Shown: positions 20,461 through 30,265 of the stretch, piece after piece
Layout: every line of letters starts with the position of its first letter
How positions within the stretch are numbered: position 1 is the first letter of the stretch
From: Bacteroidaceae bacterium
Lineage (GTDB): Bacteria; Bacteroidota; Bacteroidia; Bacteroidales; Bacteroidaceae
Direction: 5' to 3'
NCBI GenBank assembly: GCA_017379075.1
Contig: JAFNXL010000034.1
Span: forward strand, 1,591-65,590
Length of the DNA stretch: 64,000 bases
Notes under the pieces: generated by a model
Seen by the model: only the letters and a program-made list of their open reading frames with translations
Database searches by the model: none
Told to the model about the DNA's origin: nothing
Made by a program: the position numbers and the translations under genes

Positions 20461-20546
20461 TGGTACTGCAGTGTCATGCCTTTGACACTCCAGTACCAAA
20501 GCACTGGTACTCCAGTATCAGCTTTTCGGTACCGGAATTGGTACTG
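20461..20546. repeat. Cluster of TGGTACTG-like repeats (three direct, one inverted) plus a 15-bp hairpin
   Basis: tggtactg at 20461, cagtacca at 20491, tggtactc at 20505, tggtactg at 20539, and ggtacc at 20528. Positions 20462-20476 pair with 20483-20497 with one mismatch. Confidence 0.7.
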
Positions 20547-20770
20547 GGAACATCCCCCTTAACAATATAATAAACATATAATAATGAGCAAGTGCGTCCA
20601 TTATGGAAACACTTGCTTTTGATAGACCATTTGTTCGAGTCTCACCAAATTTTTTGGATAGTGTCGGACAAATGGCATTTCGCTTTCTTGTGGCCAATTC
20701 TTTCAAAGTGCATTTTTTGCACTTTGAATTGCACTTAGGGGACTCTTACCAAAAACAGAGACTATGATTC

Positions 20771-21907
20771 TTAACTATTATTACCGTCCAACAACATCAA
20801 TCCTTTTAACGTCAGCAAATAGCGTTGACGGGGATGATGGGGATTGGCAGGATACTTCATACACACAAATCCTTCTCTAATTGCTGGTGCGAGAGAATAA
20901 TCCATAAAGTTCGGACGGTTCTTCAAACCTACAGCCTCCATCATGCTCTTCACACTCATTTCTTCTTTACCGATTGCCAATACCAAACGCCTTACATTCT
21001 CAGAAGAAGGTTGTATGTCGATTGAACTTGCATGGGTACTTGTACGGGTACTTGTATGGGTGTCGTTCTCGTCATCCTTATACCCAATCAGCATATATCG
21101 ATTCTTCAGTTCGTTGTTTTCACCGAGCAGCAAATTACGGAAAAACTTTACGAGGAAGGACTTGTCTGGCTGTATGCCTTTCTGGGGATTACTATAATTG
21201 GCACGGACAAGGGCATTACGGAAGTACCAGGAATTATCAGCGAACAATTCGTTATTTACATTGAAACCACAAGAACGGAGATATTTGATAACGAAAACAG
21301 CAGTTGTTCGCGTGTTTCCTTCACGGAACGGATGGTTCTGCCATAATAAAGTCACAAAGTCCACAACATGTGAGATAATCTCATCTGTAGTCAAGCCTTT
21401 ATAACTGAAATCTCGTTCAGTCTGTATGTCATATTTTAATGCTTCATGAATGTCTGCTGCACGACCATATACAACTGTATCGCCTTGCAATACCCATTCT
21501 TTTTTGCTGATGTCATAGGGACGAATCTCACCTGCATGCTTAAAGACGCCCTCAAATAGATGACGATGGATGTTCAAAAACTCTAAAGGAGTCAATGAAA
21601 ATGACTTTTCATTCAGCAACTTCGTGATGTTTGCCGCCACGCGGTCAGCCTCTTCCTTTTCAGCATCGTCAGCATCATGTGTAGTCTTATTCACATAATA
21701 AGATTGTATCTGTTCTCTCACCTCATCGATGGTGATGTCACCCTCAATGTGCTTTACTGCTATTTCCTTCAGATAGTCAGACACACGAAGCCCATCTACG
21801 TCTTGAAGTCCTATTGCAGTACGCCAAGCCGAGACCCGCTCACGTTTATGTGGCTCTGCCACACGTTCGTAAGCCTCAAAGTCAATATATTTCTGTTCTT
21901 CGTTCAT
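20771..21907 (-). CDS. Fic-domain protein with a non-canonical active-site motif and a C-terminal winged-helix-like tail
   Basis: 378 aa. The motif HPFREGNTRTTA replaces the canonical HxFx(D/E)GNGRxxR. The N-terminus is VbhA-like (AIGLQDVDGL...IEGDITIDEV). The gene starts 5 nt after the jetD stop. Confidence 0.8.
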   Translation of the reverse strand: MNEEQKYIDFEAYERVAEPHKRERVSAWRTAIGLQDVDGLRVSDYLKEIAVKHIEGDITIDEVREQIQSYYVNKTTHDADDAEKEEADRVAANITKLLNEKSFSLTPLEFLNIHRHLFEGVFKHAGEIRPYDISKKEWVLQGDTVVYGRAADIHEALKYDIQTERDFSYKGLTTDEIISHVVDFVTLLWQNHPFREGNTRTTAVFVIKYLRSCGFNVNNELFADNSWYFRNALVRANYSNPQKGIQPDKSFLVKFFRNLLLGENNELKNRYMLIGYKDDENDTHTSTRTSTHASSIDIQPSSENVRRLVLAIGKEEMSVKSMMEAVGLKNRPNFMDYSLAPAIREGFVCMKYPANPHHPRQRYLLTLKGLMLLDGNNS

Positions 21908-21912
21908 ATTCT

Positions 21913-22773
21913 TTATTTTTTTGTCTTGATATATCCCTCCTGGTCATATCCTTTGTGGTGCAAGTGGATGCTGTCTAATAGAGGTTGTACTCTTTTGTCT
22001 TCAATCTTCATTTTACCGTATTGAGGCAACTGAACATTATAGCGTTCTGTATTCCCATTCGAAATCCTTTGATCAAAATCATCTGGTATGAATAATGATG
22101 ATTTATTTCCCAAGTGGTGGTAATACTCACTCTCATAAATGGCGATACCGGCCAAATCTAAATCTCCAAAATGGACGTATTGATTAGGTATGGACTGTAG
22201 CCATTTTATAAGATCTTTATTTTGGTTTTGAGGATAACGGGATACGAAAAGTACGCGTCCATATCGCGCAAAGAGATGTTTCTGTAATGCGACATATCGG
22301 AAATTCTCTGCGTTCTCCACTCCAACTACGACAACATCCTGCGGAATGGTGAAATGCTGATAGTCGGCAATGAACATGAAACAGCCTTCTGTGGGATGAA
22401 TTATTATCTCTTGTCCGTTGAGGACAGCAGTAACAGGCTGATAGCTATTTACAAGAAACCCAGTGAAAGTTCTACGTGAAAGGAACTTACTGTCGCCAGT
22501 GACAGCCACCAAAGAGGCTCTGCTGGCATCTTCATCAGAGAAGGCTTTCCGTGTTTGTTCCAGGTCGTAGATGTCGTACTGACTAGCAACATACCGGCGG
22601 AGAGACATTCCGTCTATTGCCCTCAGACTCTTGCGGCTGCCGTGTGTTGTAGCCAGAAGGATGCCGTCTTCCTGCATCTGTTCAAACCAGTCGCCCTTCA
22701 GGCTGCTGGCTGGCAGGACGTCGCCATTGGCCAGCCGAATCAGTTTCTCTATGAGTATGGCAGTCTTTTTCAT
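21913..22773 (-). CDS. jetD: Wadjet JetD-like Toprim (DUF2220-type) nuclease subunit, short form
   Basis: 286 aa. Toprim-like Glu (VVVGVENAENF) and DxD (HFGDLDLAGIAIYE). Its start overlaps the jetC stop by 4 nt. Confidence 0.7.
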   Translation of the reverse strand: MKKTAILIEKLIRLANGDVLPASSLKGDWFEQMQEDGILLATTHGSRKSLRAIDGMSLRRYVASQYDIYDLEQTRKAFSDEDASRASLVAVTGDSKFLSRRTFTGFLVNSYQPVTAVLNGQEIIIHPTEGCFMFIADYQHFTIPQDVVVVGVENAENFRYVALQKHLFARYGRVLFVSRYPQNQNKDLIKWLQSIPNQYVHFGDLDLAGIAIYESEYYHHLGNKSSLFIPDDFDQRISNGNTERYNVQLPQYGKMKIEDKRVQPLLDSIHLHHKGYDQEGYIKTKK

Positions 22774-25700
22774 CTTATTGTCAGCAGCGTTTTAACTACG
22801 GTGTTGCTCTTCTCGTCTTTGCTGAGAGAATAGGTGTATTTATACGCCTGAGCATTATAGGTGGTGGGCGAGGAGTTGATGAGATTGATGTTGCGTACAT
22901 TGGCAAATTTCAGAATACCTTCCACATTATTGGGGTGCAGTTTGCCTATCTCATCCATCATGCAGTGGAGCTTAAAGTCGCCAAATTTGCGGGATATTTT
23001 ACGCTTGAAGACGTTGATGAGCATGATGTTCACCATCGCTTTGACCAAGATGTCCGTACCGTCAGATCCCACGTTTGAAAGCTTCTCCACCCAGTTGGTG
23101 TCATTGTCATTCTCCTTGACCTTGAATTCCAGTTTGAAGGAGTCTGCCAGCGTTATCCGTTCGCGTTTCTGTTCAGCGTCCATCATTTCAATGAGCGTTA
23201 TCAGCAGTTTGACAGCTTGTTCGTTGGTACGGTTCAGATTGTCTTCGTCCGTAAAGAGATTCAGCTGTCCGATGTCAAAACCGTGATCGTCGTCAAAAAG
23301 CTTAATGTTCAGCAGTTGTTGCATCAAACGATCGTTGCTCTCCACAGCACGCAGTTCAATCTCCTTGATAACACCGACGAAGTTATTCTCTCGGAAATCG
23401 CGGTTGATGTCGAGGATAGTTCTTTCGATGTAAGACTTGTGCTGGCTCAGGTCGCTAACGTCCTTAGCGATACGCTTGATGATAGTAGCATACTGGCGAC
23501 TGGTGCGCATACGATATTGCTCAATCTTATTGTTGCTAATGAATTCATTAAGTTCAGCAGCAAATTCCGTATAATCATTGTCGGAGTTGAACTCCGTCCG
23601 GAAATAGAAAGTGTTCTGTGGTGAGAAATTGCCCTTAAACCTGATGACAGCCTGTTTGAAATCCTCAAACTTACGTTGCTGAGATGAAATTTGGTCACGC
23701 AGTTCTTCCTGAATGTCTGTCAGAGGCTTAACTGTTTCTATTTCGCCTGCTGCTGATAGATTTGGGGGACAGGATGGATTACCCATAAAAGCGCGAGCCT
23801 TTTCTATTGCTTCATTCAATTTCTTTTGTTCTTCTTGCAATGAGCGGAGTTCTGCTGAGAGCATAGATATCTTCTCGTCATACTGCTGCTTGCGCTTCAG
23901 GAATTTGTCTTGCAGGTCATCAATCTTTTGTCGTACCTGCTTGCGTTCATCTTTCTTCTGCTGTTCGTGGTCAAAATATTCACGCGTATCATTCTGCCAC
24001 GAAATATAGTCCGACCCATGCTCGTCTATGTATCTTAGCTCGTCAGATACCTTCTGCAGTTGCCGGCGGATTTCTGCCAACTGGTTTACATCCACACCAA
24101 GTCCTTTCAACTCAGCATCCATCTGTGCCTGTAGTTTTCCTTTACGCAGAGTGGCATCATGCTCTTTTTCCTTCAGGTCCGCATGTATGCCTGCCTTTTG
24201 TCGGTCAGAGGCAACCAGCAGCTCGTTCTTTTGTTTGTCGAATGACGTGCGCAACTCTTGCAACGCTTTATCGCGCTGAGTCGTTAATGCCCCCCTTTGT
24301 TTGTCAAGTCTCTCGATTTCTTTTCTGACCTCTCCCTGTCTTTTTTGAAGCTGTTCCAACTCGCCATCGCGCCATTTCTTCAGTCTCTCTTCTGACGCAG
24401 TTTTCTCCTTCCGAATCATTTCAATGCGATGTGGAATCTGCTTATATTCTGCATCGAGGTTCATCTTGTCCTTGCGCAGTTGCTTCAGCTGAGAACTGGG
24501 TTTGCGTTCCAGTTCTTCAATGTCTGTTTCTAACTGCTGTTTGCGAAGTACAATCTTCTTTTTCAGTCCCTCCACTTTCTGCTCCAACGACGCTTTCTGG
24601 CACCTCAATTCATCGGGTGTCTTGATGGTCTTCTCGATATTGGATGTGTCAATCTTTACGCCGTATATTGTGTCTGTAGATGTTGACTTGTGAGGGTTAA
24701 GTGAAGTATTATACAGTATGGCATCTTCATCAAGTACCTTGCCGAGATTTTCCTCCCAACCATCAACATTCTCACCTAACCATTCAATAAACGAACCCTT
24801 TTGGCGACCAAGCATGTCATCGAGTTTCCAAATATCGTCTGTAACCAGTTTGATGTGGTTCTCTATAGTTGCAACATCTTTATCACATGACGTCTCCAAA
24901 TCCTTACGCTGCAAAGCCACATCGCTAAGTATGCGGTCTATATCTTTCTGTTTGTCTGAAGACTCTTGAAACAATGTTAGTCGTTTCTCGCTCAAGACCT
25001 TCAGCTTCCGCTCCTGCTCGTCCATCTCGTCTTTGTACGGATTAGACTGTTGGACGCGCTGGGTTTGCAGTTTGATGTCATTCTCTGCTGTACGGGCATC
25101 GTCCAATAATTTCTGATTGTCTGTTAACTTCTGCTCATACAGACTTCTCGTACTCTCTACCTTTCCATTGATTTCTGACTGTAATCGGCTTTCTACTTCT
25201 ATACGCTGTCTGTCAAAGTCGTTGAGCTGTTTCTGGCATTGAAGATCATACTCACGCAATTGGTTGTCAACCTCCTGTATCAACACATCATACTTAGATT
25301 TCACGCTTTGGTTCTTGCTTGTTAGGGCCTCTTCCTGATGCGTCAGACTCTGCTGTTGAATCTTCAGTTCGCCTTTCTTCCCGATGCGCTCGACAATCTT
25401 TTCTATACCGATTTCCGCATAGTGTTGGCGTTTTGTTTTCACCTGATCAAGGAAGAATTTTAGGGCTCCGTCCTCTTGATTGAGTTTTGCGGTCTCTGCT
25501 TTGTGTTTCCCTTCCTCTTCACCTAATAAGCGCTTCTGCCGAGAGAGTTCCGTGCTGCAATTTGACTCTTTCTCAGCCAATACAGGCAATCGATTCGTGT
25601 CACGTCCCAGTGCGTAGTTGAACTGACCACAGAGTTCTGTAATCAATTTACGAACAAATTCGTAATCCGTATAATTCTCTATAACGGCATCGGCATCCGT

Positions 25701-26429
25701 CTTCACCTTCACCTTGCCATTCCTTTCAACTTTATACCATTTCCAAATGTCCTCATATTGTTGACGGAAGTTTTTCACCTCCTCGCGATAGCGGTTCAAG
25801 TCAATCTCGTCGCCAGCAAAGTCCATCGAGTCGATGATGGTGTCCTTGATGACACGCGATTCCAGGCTTTGGTTCAGGAAGATGTTCTGTATGGTCAGCG
25901 GAACCTGACGGTATTTCGCACTCTCCATCAGCGAGAACCTGCGATGTTCCTTCGCTACCTGCTGGCTGTTGCCATAGATGATGTCGCGGAATTCCTCATA
26001 ACCGCGAATGATGTTGCTCTTATACACCCTTGCACCTATTTGTTCACTGATGCGCCCCCATTCATAACGAACGCTACCATCTTCTTCCAAAAAGAACCGC
26101 TTGTCGTAGGCACAATCCACAATTCGGAAGGCGGTACGTCCATGTGACAAGAAGGTCATAACGAAGAACTTTCCAGTCTCGCGACACACTTCATAAATGA
26201 TGTACGAATTCTGGTGAGGCAAATAGAATTCATCGTAGCCTTTCTGACCAGCTTGCGTTTTGATGCCCAGCTTGCTCTTGTCCACATTGTAGAAGAACAA
26301 GATTGCACGAAGCAGAGTGGATTTACCCACACCCTGTGTACCGATGAAATGTACGTTGCCATTGAGTTTGATCTCTGCGTATGGCACGTGGGCACTGTTG
26401 ATGAATATGATCTTATTGAGGTATCTCAT
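22770..26429 (-). CDS. jetC: Wadjet JetC-like SMC/MukB-type ABC ATPase
   Basis: 1219 aa. Walker A GTQGVGKST near the N-terminus, then about 700 aa of K/E/Q-rich coiled coil. The C-terminus has GSDGT (signature-like) and LHCMMDEIGKL (Walker B). Confidence 0.75.
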   Translation of the reverse strand: MRYLNKIIFINSAHVPYAEIKLNGNVHFIGTQGVGKSTLLRAILFFYNVDKSKLGIKTQAGQKGYDEFYLPHQNSYIIYEVCRETGKFFVMTFLSHGRTAFRIVDCAYDKRFFLEEDGSVRYEWGRISEQIGARVYKSNIIRGYEEFRDIIYGNSQQVAKEHRRFSLMESAKYRQVPLTIQNIFLNQSLESRVIKDTIIDSMDFAGDEIDLNRYREEVKNFRQQYEDIWKWYKVERNGKVKVKTDADAVIENYTDYEFVRKLITELCGQFNYALGRDTNRLPVLAEKESNCSTELSRQKRLLGEEEGKHKAETAKLNQEDGALKFFLDQVKTKRQHYAEIGIEKIVERIGKKGELKIQQQSLTHQEEALTSKNQSVKSKYDVLIQEVDNQLREYDLQCQKQLNDFDRQRIEVESRLQSEINGKVESTRSLYEQKLTDNQKLLDDARTAENDIKLQTQRVQQSNPYKDEMDEQERKLKVLSEKRLTLFQESSDKQKDIDRILSDVALQRKDLETSCDKDVATIENHIKLVTDDIWKLDDMLGRQKGSFIEWLGENVDGWEENLGKVLDEDAILYNTSLNPHKSTSTDTIYGVKIDTSNIEKTIKTPDELRCQKASLEQKVEGLKKKIVLRKQQLETDIEELERKPSSQLKQLRKDKMNLDAEYKQIPHRIEMIRKEKTASEERLKKWRDGELEQLQKRQGEVRKEIERLDKQRGALTTQRDKALQELRTSFDKQKNELLVASDRQKAGIHADLKEKEHDATLRKGKLQAQMDAELKGLGVDVNQLAEIRRQLQKVSDELRYIDEHGSDYISWQNDTREYFDHEQQKKDERKQVRQKIDDLQDKFLKRKQQYDEKISMLSAELRSLQEEQKKLNEAIEKARAFMGNPSCPPNLSAAGEIETVKPLTDIQEELRDQISSQQRKFEDFKQAVIRFKGNFSPQNTFYFRTEFNSDNDYTEFAAELNEFISNNKIEQYRMRTSRQYATIIKRIAKDVSDLSQHKSYIERTILDINRDFRENNFVGVIKEIELRAVESNDRLMQQLLNIKLFDDDHGFDIGQLNLFTDEDNLNRTNEQAVKLLITLIEMMDAEQKRERITLADSFKLEFKVKENDNDTNWVEKLSNVGSDGTDILVKAMVNIMLINVFKRKISRKFGDFKLHCMMDEIGKLHPNNVEGILKFANVRNINLINSSPTTYNAQAYKYTYSLSKDEKSNTVVKTLLTIR

Positions 26430-26964
26430 CTTTTACGTCTTCGTCTATGTTAATACAAAGAATGATTTGTTCAATGTAATGGAAAGCATTGGTCACCTGA
26501 TAGGTACCATCTGCCTCATTTACTAGTTCTGCAAAGCCCATGTTCTCCAGGGCTCCAGCAAGTGTCTCCAGTTTTTGGCGGTTCGACGTTTTGTCTGGAA
26601 ACATCTGTGTCAATTTCTCTTTCAACCCCGGTATGGTGGCAAGTCTCACCTCCATCTGTACAAGACTAAACTGGGTGCCAGCATCAAATGCTGTATCGTA
26701 TGTCTTCAGAAAGTCCAAATAGTCAATCCACGAGAATAGCGCCTGTAGCTTGTTTTCAATTATTACCTTGGCTTCCTTGCGGCTGAAATAGTAGAAACCG
26801 TCACCACAGCTGAGTTGAAAGTCTATTTTGCCGAAATAGTCTTCATACTCCTGCTGGTTCTCTTCAATATCGTTGTAGATGGCACGAGTATCAGCATCGA
26901 TGCTATTGCTCGATATGAACTGCCCTCGACTGAGGCGCTGGAAAATTTCACTTGTATATTTCAT
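26413..26964 (-). CDS. jetB: Wadjet JetB-like (MukE/MksE-like) subunit
   Basis: 183-aa acidic protein. It is called mainly from its position between the jetA-like and jetC-like genes, with overlapping junctions on both sides. Confidence 0.55.
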   Translation of the reverse strand: MKYTSEIFQRLSRGQFISSNSIDADTRAIYNDIEENQQEYEDYFGKIDFQLSCGDGFYYFSRKEAKVIIENKLQALFSWIDYLDFLKTYDTAFDAGTQFSLVQMEVRLATIPGLKEKLTQMFPDKTSNRQKLETLAGALENMGFAELVNEADGTYQVTNAFHYIEQIILCINIDEDVKDEIPQ

Positions 26965-28154
26965 CGCGGATATATTATGGGGTATTCTATATTCTCAATT
27001 GTCTTTGTCTCTGTTGTGAAACGCATTTGTTCTGGATACTGAGATGCCATCTGAAGGAATAGCACTAAGCGCAGTTCTTTATCTGGTGTTTCCGTGAATG
27101 AGTAGTTCCAAAGGTAGTAGAACAAGTCGCTGCTTTGTGCTAGGAAACCATTCAGCAGTTCCTGATGATTGAAGGCTCTTGCCGTTTCTGTTTGTTCTTC
27201 CAGATAACTCTCGTCAATCTTTTCCGCAAGCCTCGACTTGATGTTTGCCTTCTTCGACAGTCGCTTTCTGATGTTGTCCAGTATCTCAAGGGCGGCATCT
27301 TCATTGCGAAGGAAATCCAGAGACACTCGGGTAACATACTTGGGCTTACTCTCCATCCAGACGGTATTGGTCTGCGCCATTACCTCCTTCACGTTGGTTG
27401 CCTGCTCTATCATGAACTGGTCGCGCAGGTATTTCAGCTGTCGCACACGCTTCACCAGTCGGCTCTGATATTCTATGCGGTTCAGGTATTCTATAATCTG
27501 AGCGGTGATGGCTATCAATCCGTGAGCAGACTCACGCAAACCATCACGAACCTCGATGACAGTCTGTTTCAGCCCATAGTCGGATACACTCGAAAAGAAA
27601 ATGGTCTGCTCGTCTATCACGTGCTCCGTCTGGCGTATCAGTTCGCCTATCAAGCGCGCTTTCTCGTCAAAATCCTTCAATCGCAGTTCCTTGATTTTAA
27701 AGTTGGGCTCCTGCTTGTAGGTGTCGTCGACGTTGCGTTTCAGGTCAATCACATTTCTTCGGGTGGCATTGTCGATGCTCTTGAATGTATGGCGGATTTC
27801 TCTTAGGAAGCTCTCGCGGCGGACATTGTTCTCTGCTGCAAGATAAGAACTGATACCAAGGTTCAGTTTGTCGATGTACATCTTGACCGATGAAATGTTG
27901 ATGTCCTCGTTCACTGCCAAGACCTCCTCGAAAAATCGCTGGTAGGCATCGTCCAGTTCCAGAGAGTCGCCCGTCTGCACAATTACCCCAAAGGTGATAA
28001 GGTGTTTCAGCTTATTCTCGTCTCCATCCAGGGTATCAAGTGCATCATCATACTTCACGGCAATCGTCTTGCGCTGCAAGAACATATTGCTCAGCAGTTT
28101 TGAGCCTTGCTGAAGTGCACGTGTCAGTTCTTTTATCGACCTAAATGTTGCCAT
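26961..28154 (-). CDS. jetA: Wadjet JetA-like (kleisin/MksF-like) subunit
   Basis: 397-aa helical protein and first gene of the four-gene block. Its stop overlaps the jetB start by 4 nt. The call rests on position and size only. Confidence 0.5.
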   Translation of the reverse strand: MATFRSIKELTRALQQGSKLLSNMFLQRKTIAVKYDDALDTLDGDENKLKHLITFGVIVQTGDSLELDDAYQRFFEEVLAVNEDINISSVKMYIDKLNLGISSYLAAENNVRRESFLREIRHTFKSIDNATRRNVIDLKRNVDDTYKQEPNFKIKELRLKDFDEKARLIGELIRQTEHVIDEQTIFFSSVSDYGLKQTVIEVRDGLRESAHGLIAITAQIIEYLNRIEYQSRLVKRVRQLKYLRDQFMIEQATNVKEVMAQTNTVWMESKPKYVTRVSLDFLRNEDAALEILDNIRKRLSKKANIKSRLAEKIDESYLEEQTETARAFNHQELLNGFLAQSSDLFYYLWNYSFTETPDKELRLVLFLQMASQYPEQMRFTTETKTIENIEYPIIYPR

Positions 28155-28172
28155 TTTCTTTTAGGTTTGAAT

Positions 28173-30254
28173 TTACTCATCGTCTTCTCCCTCTTGATCA
28201 GAACGGAATTCAAAAACGAGTTCGGATGCAGGGATATTACACTCATCAAACATGCCATGAAGAATATTAATCTTGGTGGCAGTACTGTTGTCAGTCCATA
28301 CGTACATACCTGGTGCAAGTTCGCGTCTCCACTCTTCTGGGGTCGCTGAGAAGCTGCACTTTTCGTTTGCACAAAGCCATTCAATAGTTGAGCGCTTCTC
28401 CAGTAGGATGTGCCCACAAACCTGAATAAGCATTTCTTTCCAAGTGTTAACCGTATATCTTACTCCATGAAGTATATATGCTTGCAGTTTCTTGCCTGTG
28501 AACTCATAGTCTTCATCATCAAGCGATGCAGATTCCGCTTCACGTCTCAATGGTTCAAAAGTCGTAGTTGGCATAGGCCAGAGGCGCATGAATACATTCT
28601 GCAATTCTTTCTGACGTGCTTTCAACTCTGTTTCTGTCCATTGCTCACATGATTTCACGGAGTTATTCAGGCGAAATGCACTATCCTTAAATCCCTTCTC
28701 CATATCTCTTTTCTCAATAAACATGAGATTGCTATATTGAGAATTATAACCAGTGAGAGTAAGATTTGCCATCGTGTGAAGATATTGTTCATGGATTCTT
28801 TCCCAATCTTCGCCTAAAGCCGTTTTCCACTTATCCGACAGAGTTTGTGGCATGATATGCTCTATGGTGATATTCTTATCAGTCAGTTCCTTCACCACAT
28901 CATGCCGCTCGTTATTATCTTGGTTTTCCATACGTTCCAAGATAAACATACGGGCATTGGCTGGCATCTTATAAACCTGACGAGTTTTAAAGTCACCTCT
29001 TACCTCTTCATCAGACGGAAAGACAGAAGAACGCCCCTTCTTCAACAAGACATAAGTCAGTACATCTATATACGAAGGTGCAGTATCATCTCCTGCTTTG
29101 TTGACATGATTCAATACATCCCTATGGAGCGTTGCAAACACCTTATTCAAAGCATTTGATGGGAGATTACAGATGATTCTGCGTGCCCAATATGCTTCTA
29201 TCACATCAAGTACACGATAACTCTCGTTTTCCACCAATCCCACTTTTGATGCATAGTCGAAGAAAGCCATAAAGAATGGATAAGCAATAGTAGAATCCAG
29301 CGTTCTTAGCTGGTTCAACTTCCTATTCAGTTTATCTGTACCTACCGTTGCATTGTCCACTTGGCTATATATCTTGGCGTAGTGATGCATGTCTTCTAAA
29401 AGTGTAGCCCTGTCAACACTTATATCCTCAGCATACTCTTTAAAGATAAAGTATATCTTGTCGATACGGCCAATCTTCCCTTGCTTCATTGTAAGGTAAT
29501 CGCGCACAAAAGAAGAAGGGTCATACTTTGTAAACTCTTCGATAGGGTTCCAATACCGAGAATATAGGTCATCCTGCTCAACTGGTGCAAGTGACATCAG
29601 CAGATAGTTACGAATTTTGTCTGCTTCACTTAGATCAAGACCTGTTGAGTTCAGACTCTCAAATATCAACTGTGGGTCATCATCTTCGTCAAGACGGATA
29701 TTGATGACTTCCAGTTTCTTGATGGTCTCAAAGAGTTCGTCAAGCGTTAAGCCTGCATGAGTGATTTTATCATAGAAAAAGTCATAGTTGCGAGTAACAT
29801 TCGATTCTTTGATGTACTGCTCCTTAGGCTTATACAGTAAAGCATCAAAGGCCTGCATATCCTTCTTGATAGGTTTCAGTTTCACCTTTCGCTCATCTTC
29901 TTGATATTCATCCACCAGATAACGCTTGAAGATTTTCTCTACAAGTTTTGCATCAGTTGCTTCAATCAGTCCTTCTTTCTTAGCATTTACCATCGCAATG
30001 AGCAACAACGAAACAGTTGTGATTCGCTGTTGTCCATCAATGATAAATCTGTCTTCTGTTCCAGACTGTATACTTGATACAATGCTGCCAAAGAAGTGAC
30101 TCCTGCGGTCGCTGTTGTGTAGTTTCATCAAGTCCTGAAACAACTGTTCGCAGTTCTCTTCTTTCCAATCGTAGTTACGCTGGTAAAGAGGGATAATGAA
30201 TCGCTTGTCTGATCCGTCAAAGAATTTTATAAGTGGTTGAGCATCACCTTTCAT
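28173..30254 (-). CDS. GmrSD-like DUF262 + DUF1524 protein (putative type IV modification-dependent restriction enzyme)
   Basis: 693 aa. DUF262 motifs IPLYQRNYDW and DGQQRITT. DUF1524 His-Me finger-like motifs IEHIMPQ and ANLTLTGYNSQYSN. About 150 extra C-terminal residues follow. Confidence 0.8.
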   Translation of the reverse strand: MKGDAQPLIKFFDGSDKRFIIPLYQRNYDWKEENCEQLFQDLMKLHNSDRRSHFFGSIVSSIQSGTEDRFIIDGQQRITTVSLLLIAMVNAKKEGLIEATDAKLVEKIFKRYLVDEYQEDERKVKLKPIKKDMQAFDALLYKPKEQYIKESNVTRNYDFFYDKITHAGLTLDELFETIKKLEVINIRLDEDDDPQLIFESLNSTGLDLSEADKIRNYLLMSLAPVEQDDLYSRYWNPIEEFTKYDPSSFVRDYLTMKQGKIGRIDKIYFIFKEYAEDISVDRATLLEDMHHYAKIYSQVDNATVGTDKLNRKLNQLRTLDSTIAYPFFMAFFDYASKVGLVENESYRVLDVIEAYWARRIICNLPSNALNKVFATLHRDVLNHVNKAGDDTAPSYIDVLTYVLLKKGRSSVFPSDEEVRGDFKTRQVYKMPANARMFILERMENQDNNERHDVVKELTDKNITIEHIMPQTLSDKWKTALGEDWERIHEQYLHTMANLTLTGYNSQYSNLMFIEKRDMEKGFKDSAFRLNNSVKSCEQWTETELKARQKELQNVFMRLWPMPTTTFEPLRREAESASLDDEDYEFTGKKLQAYILHGVRYTVNTWKEMLIQVCGHILLEKRSTIEWLCANEKCSFSATPEEWRRELAPGMYVWTDNSTATKINILHGMFDECNIPASELVFEFRSDQEGEDDE

Positions 30255-30265
30255 ATGGGGAACTC

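Noticed and set aside
20518-20706. 62-aa minus-strand ORF downstream of fic.
   Set aside because: It has no motif and no promoter box, and it lies in the border non-coding region containing hairpins at 20587-20617 and 20705-20727. It is likely non-coding.
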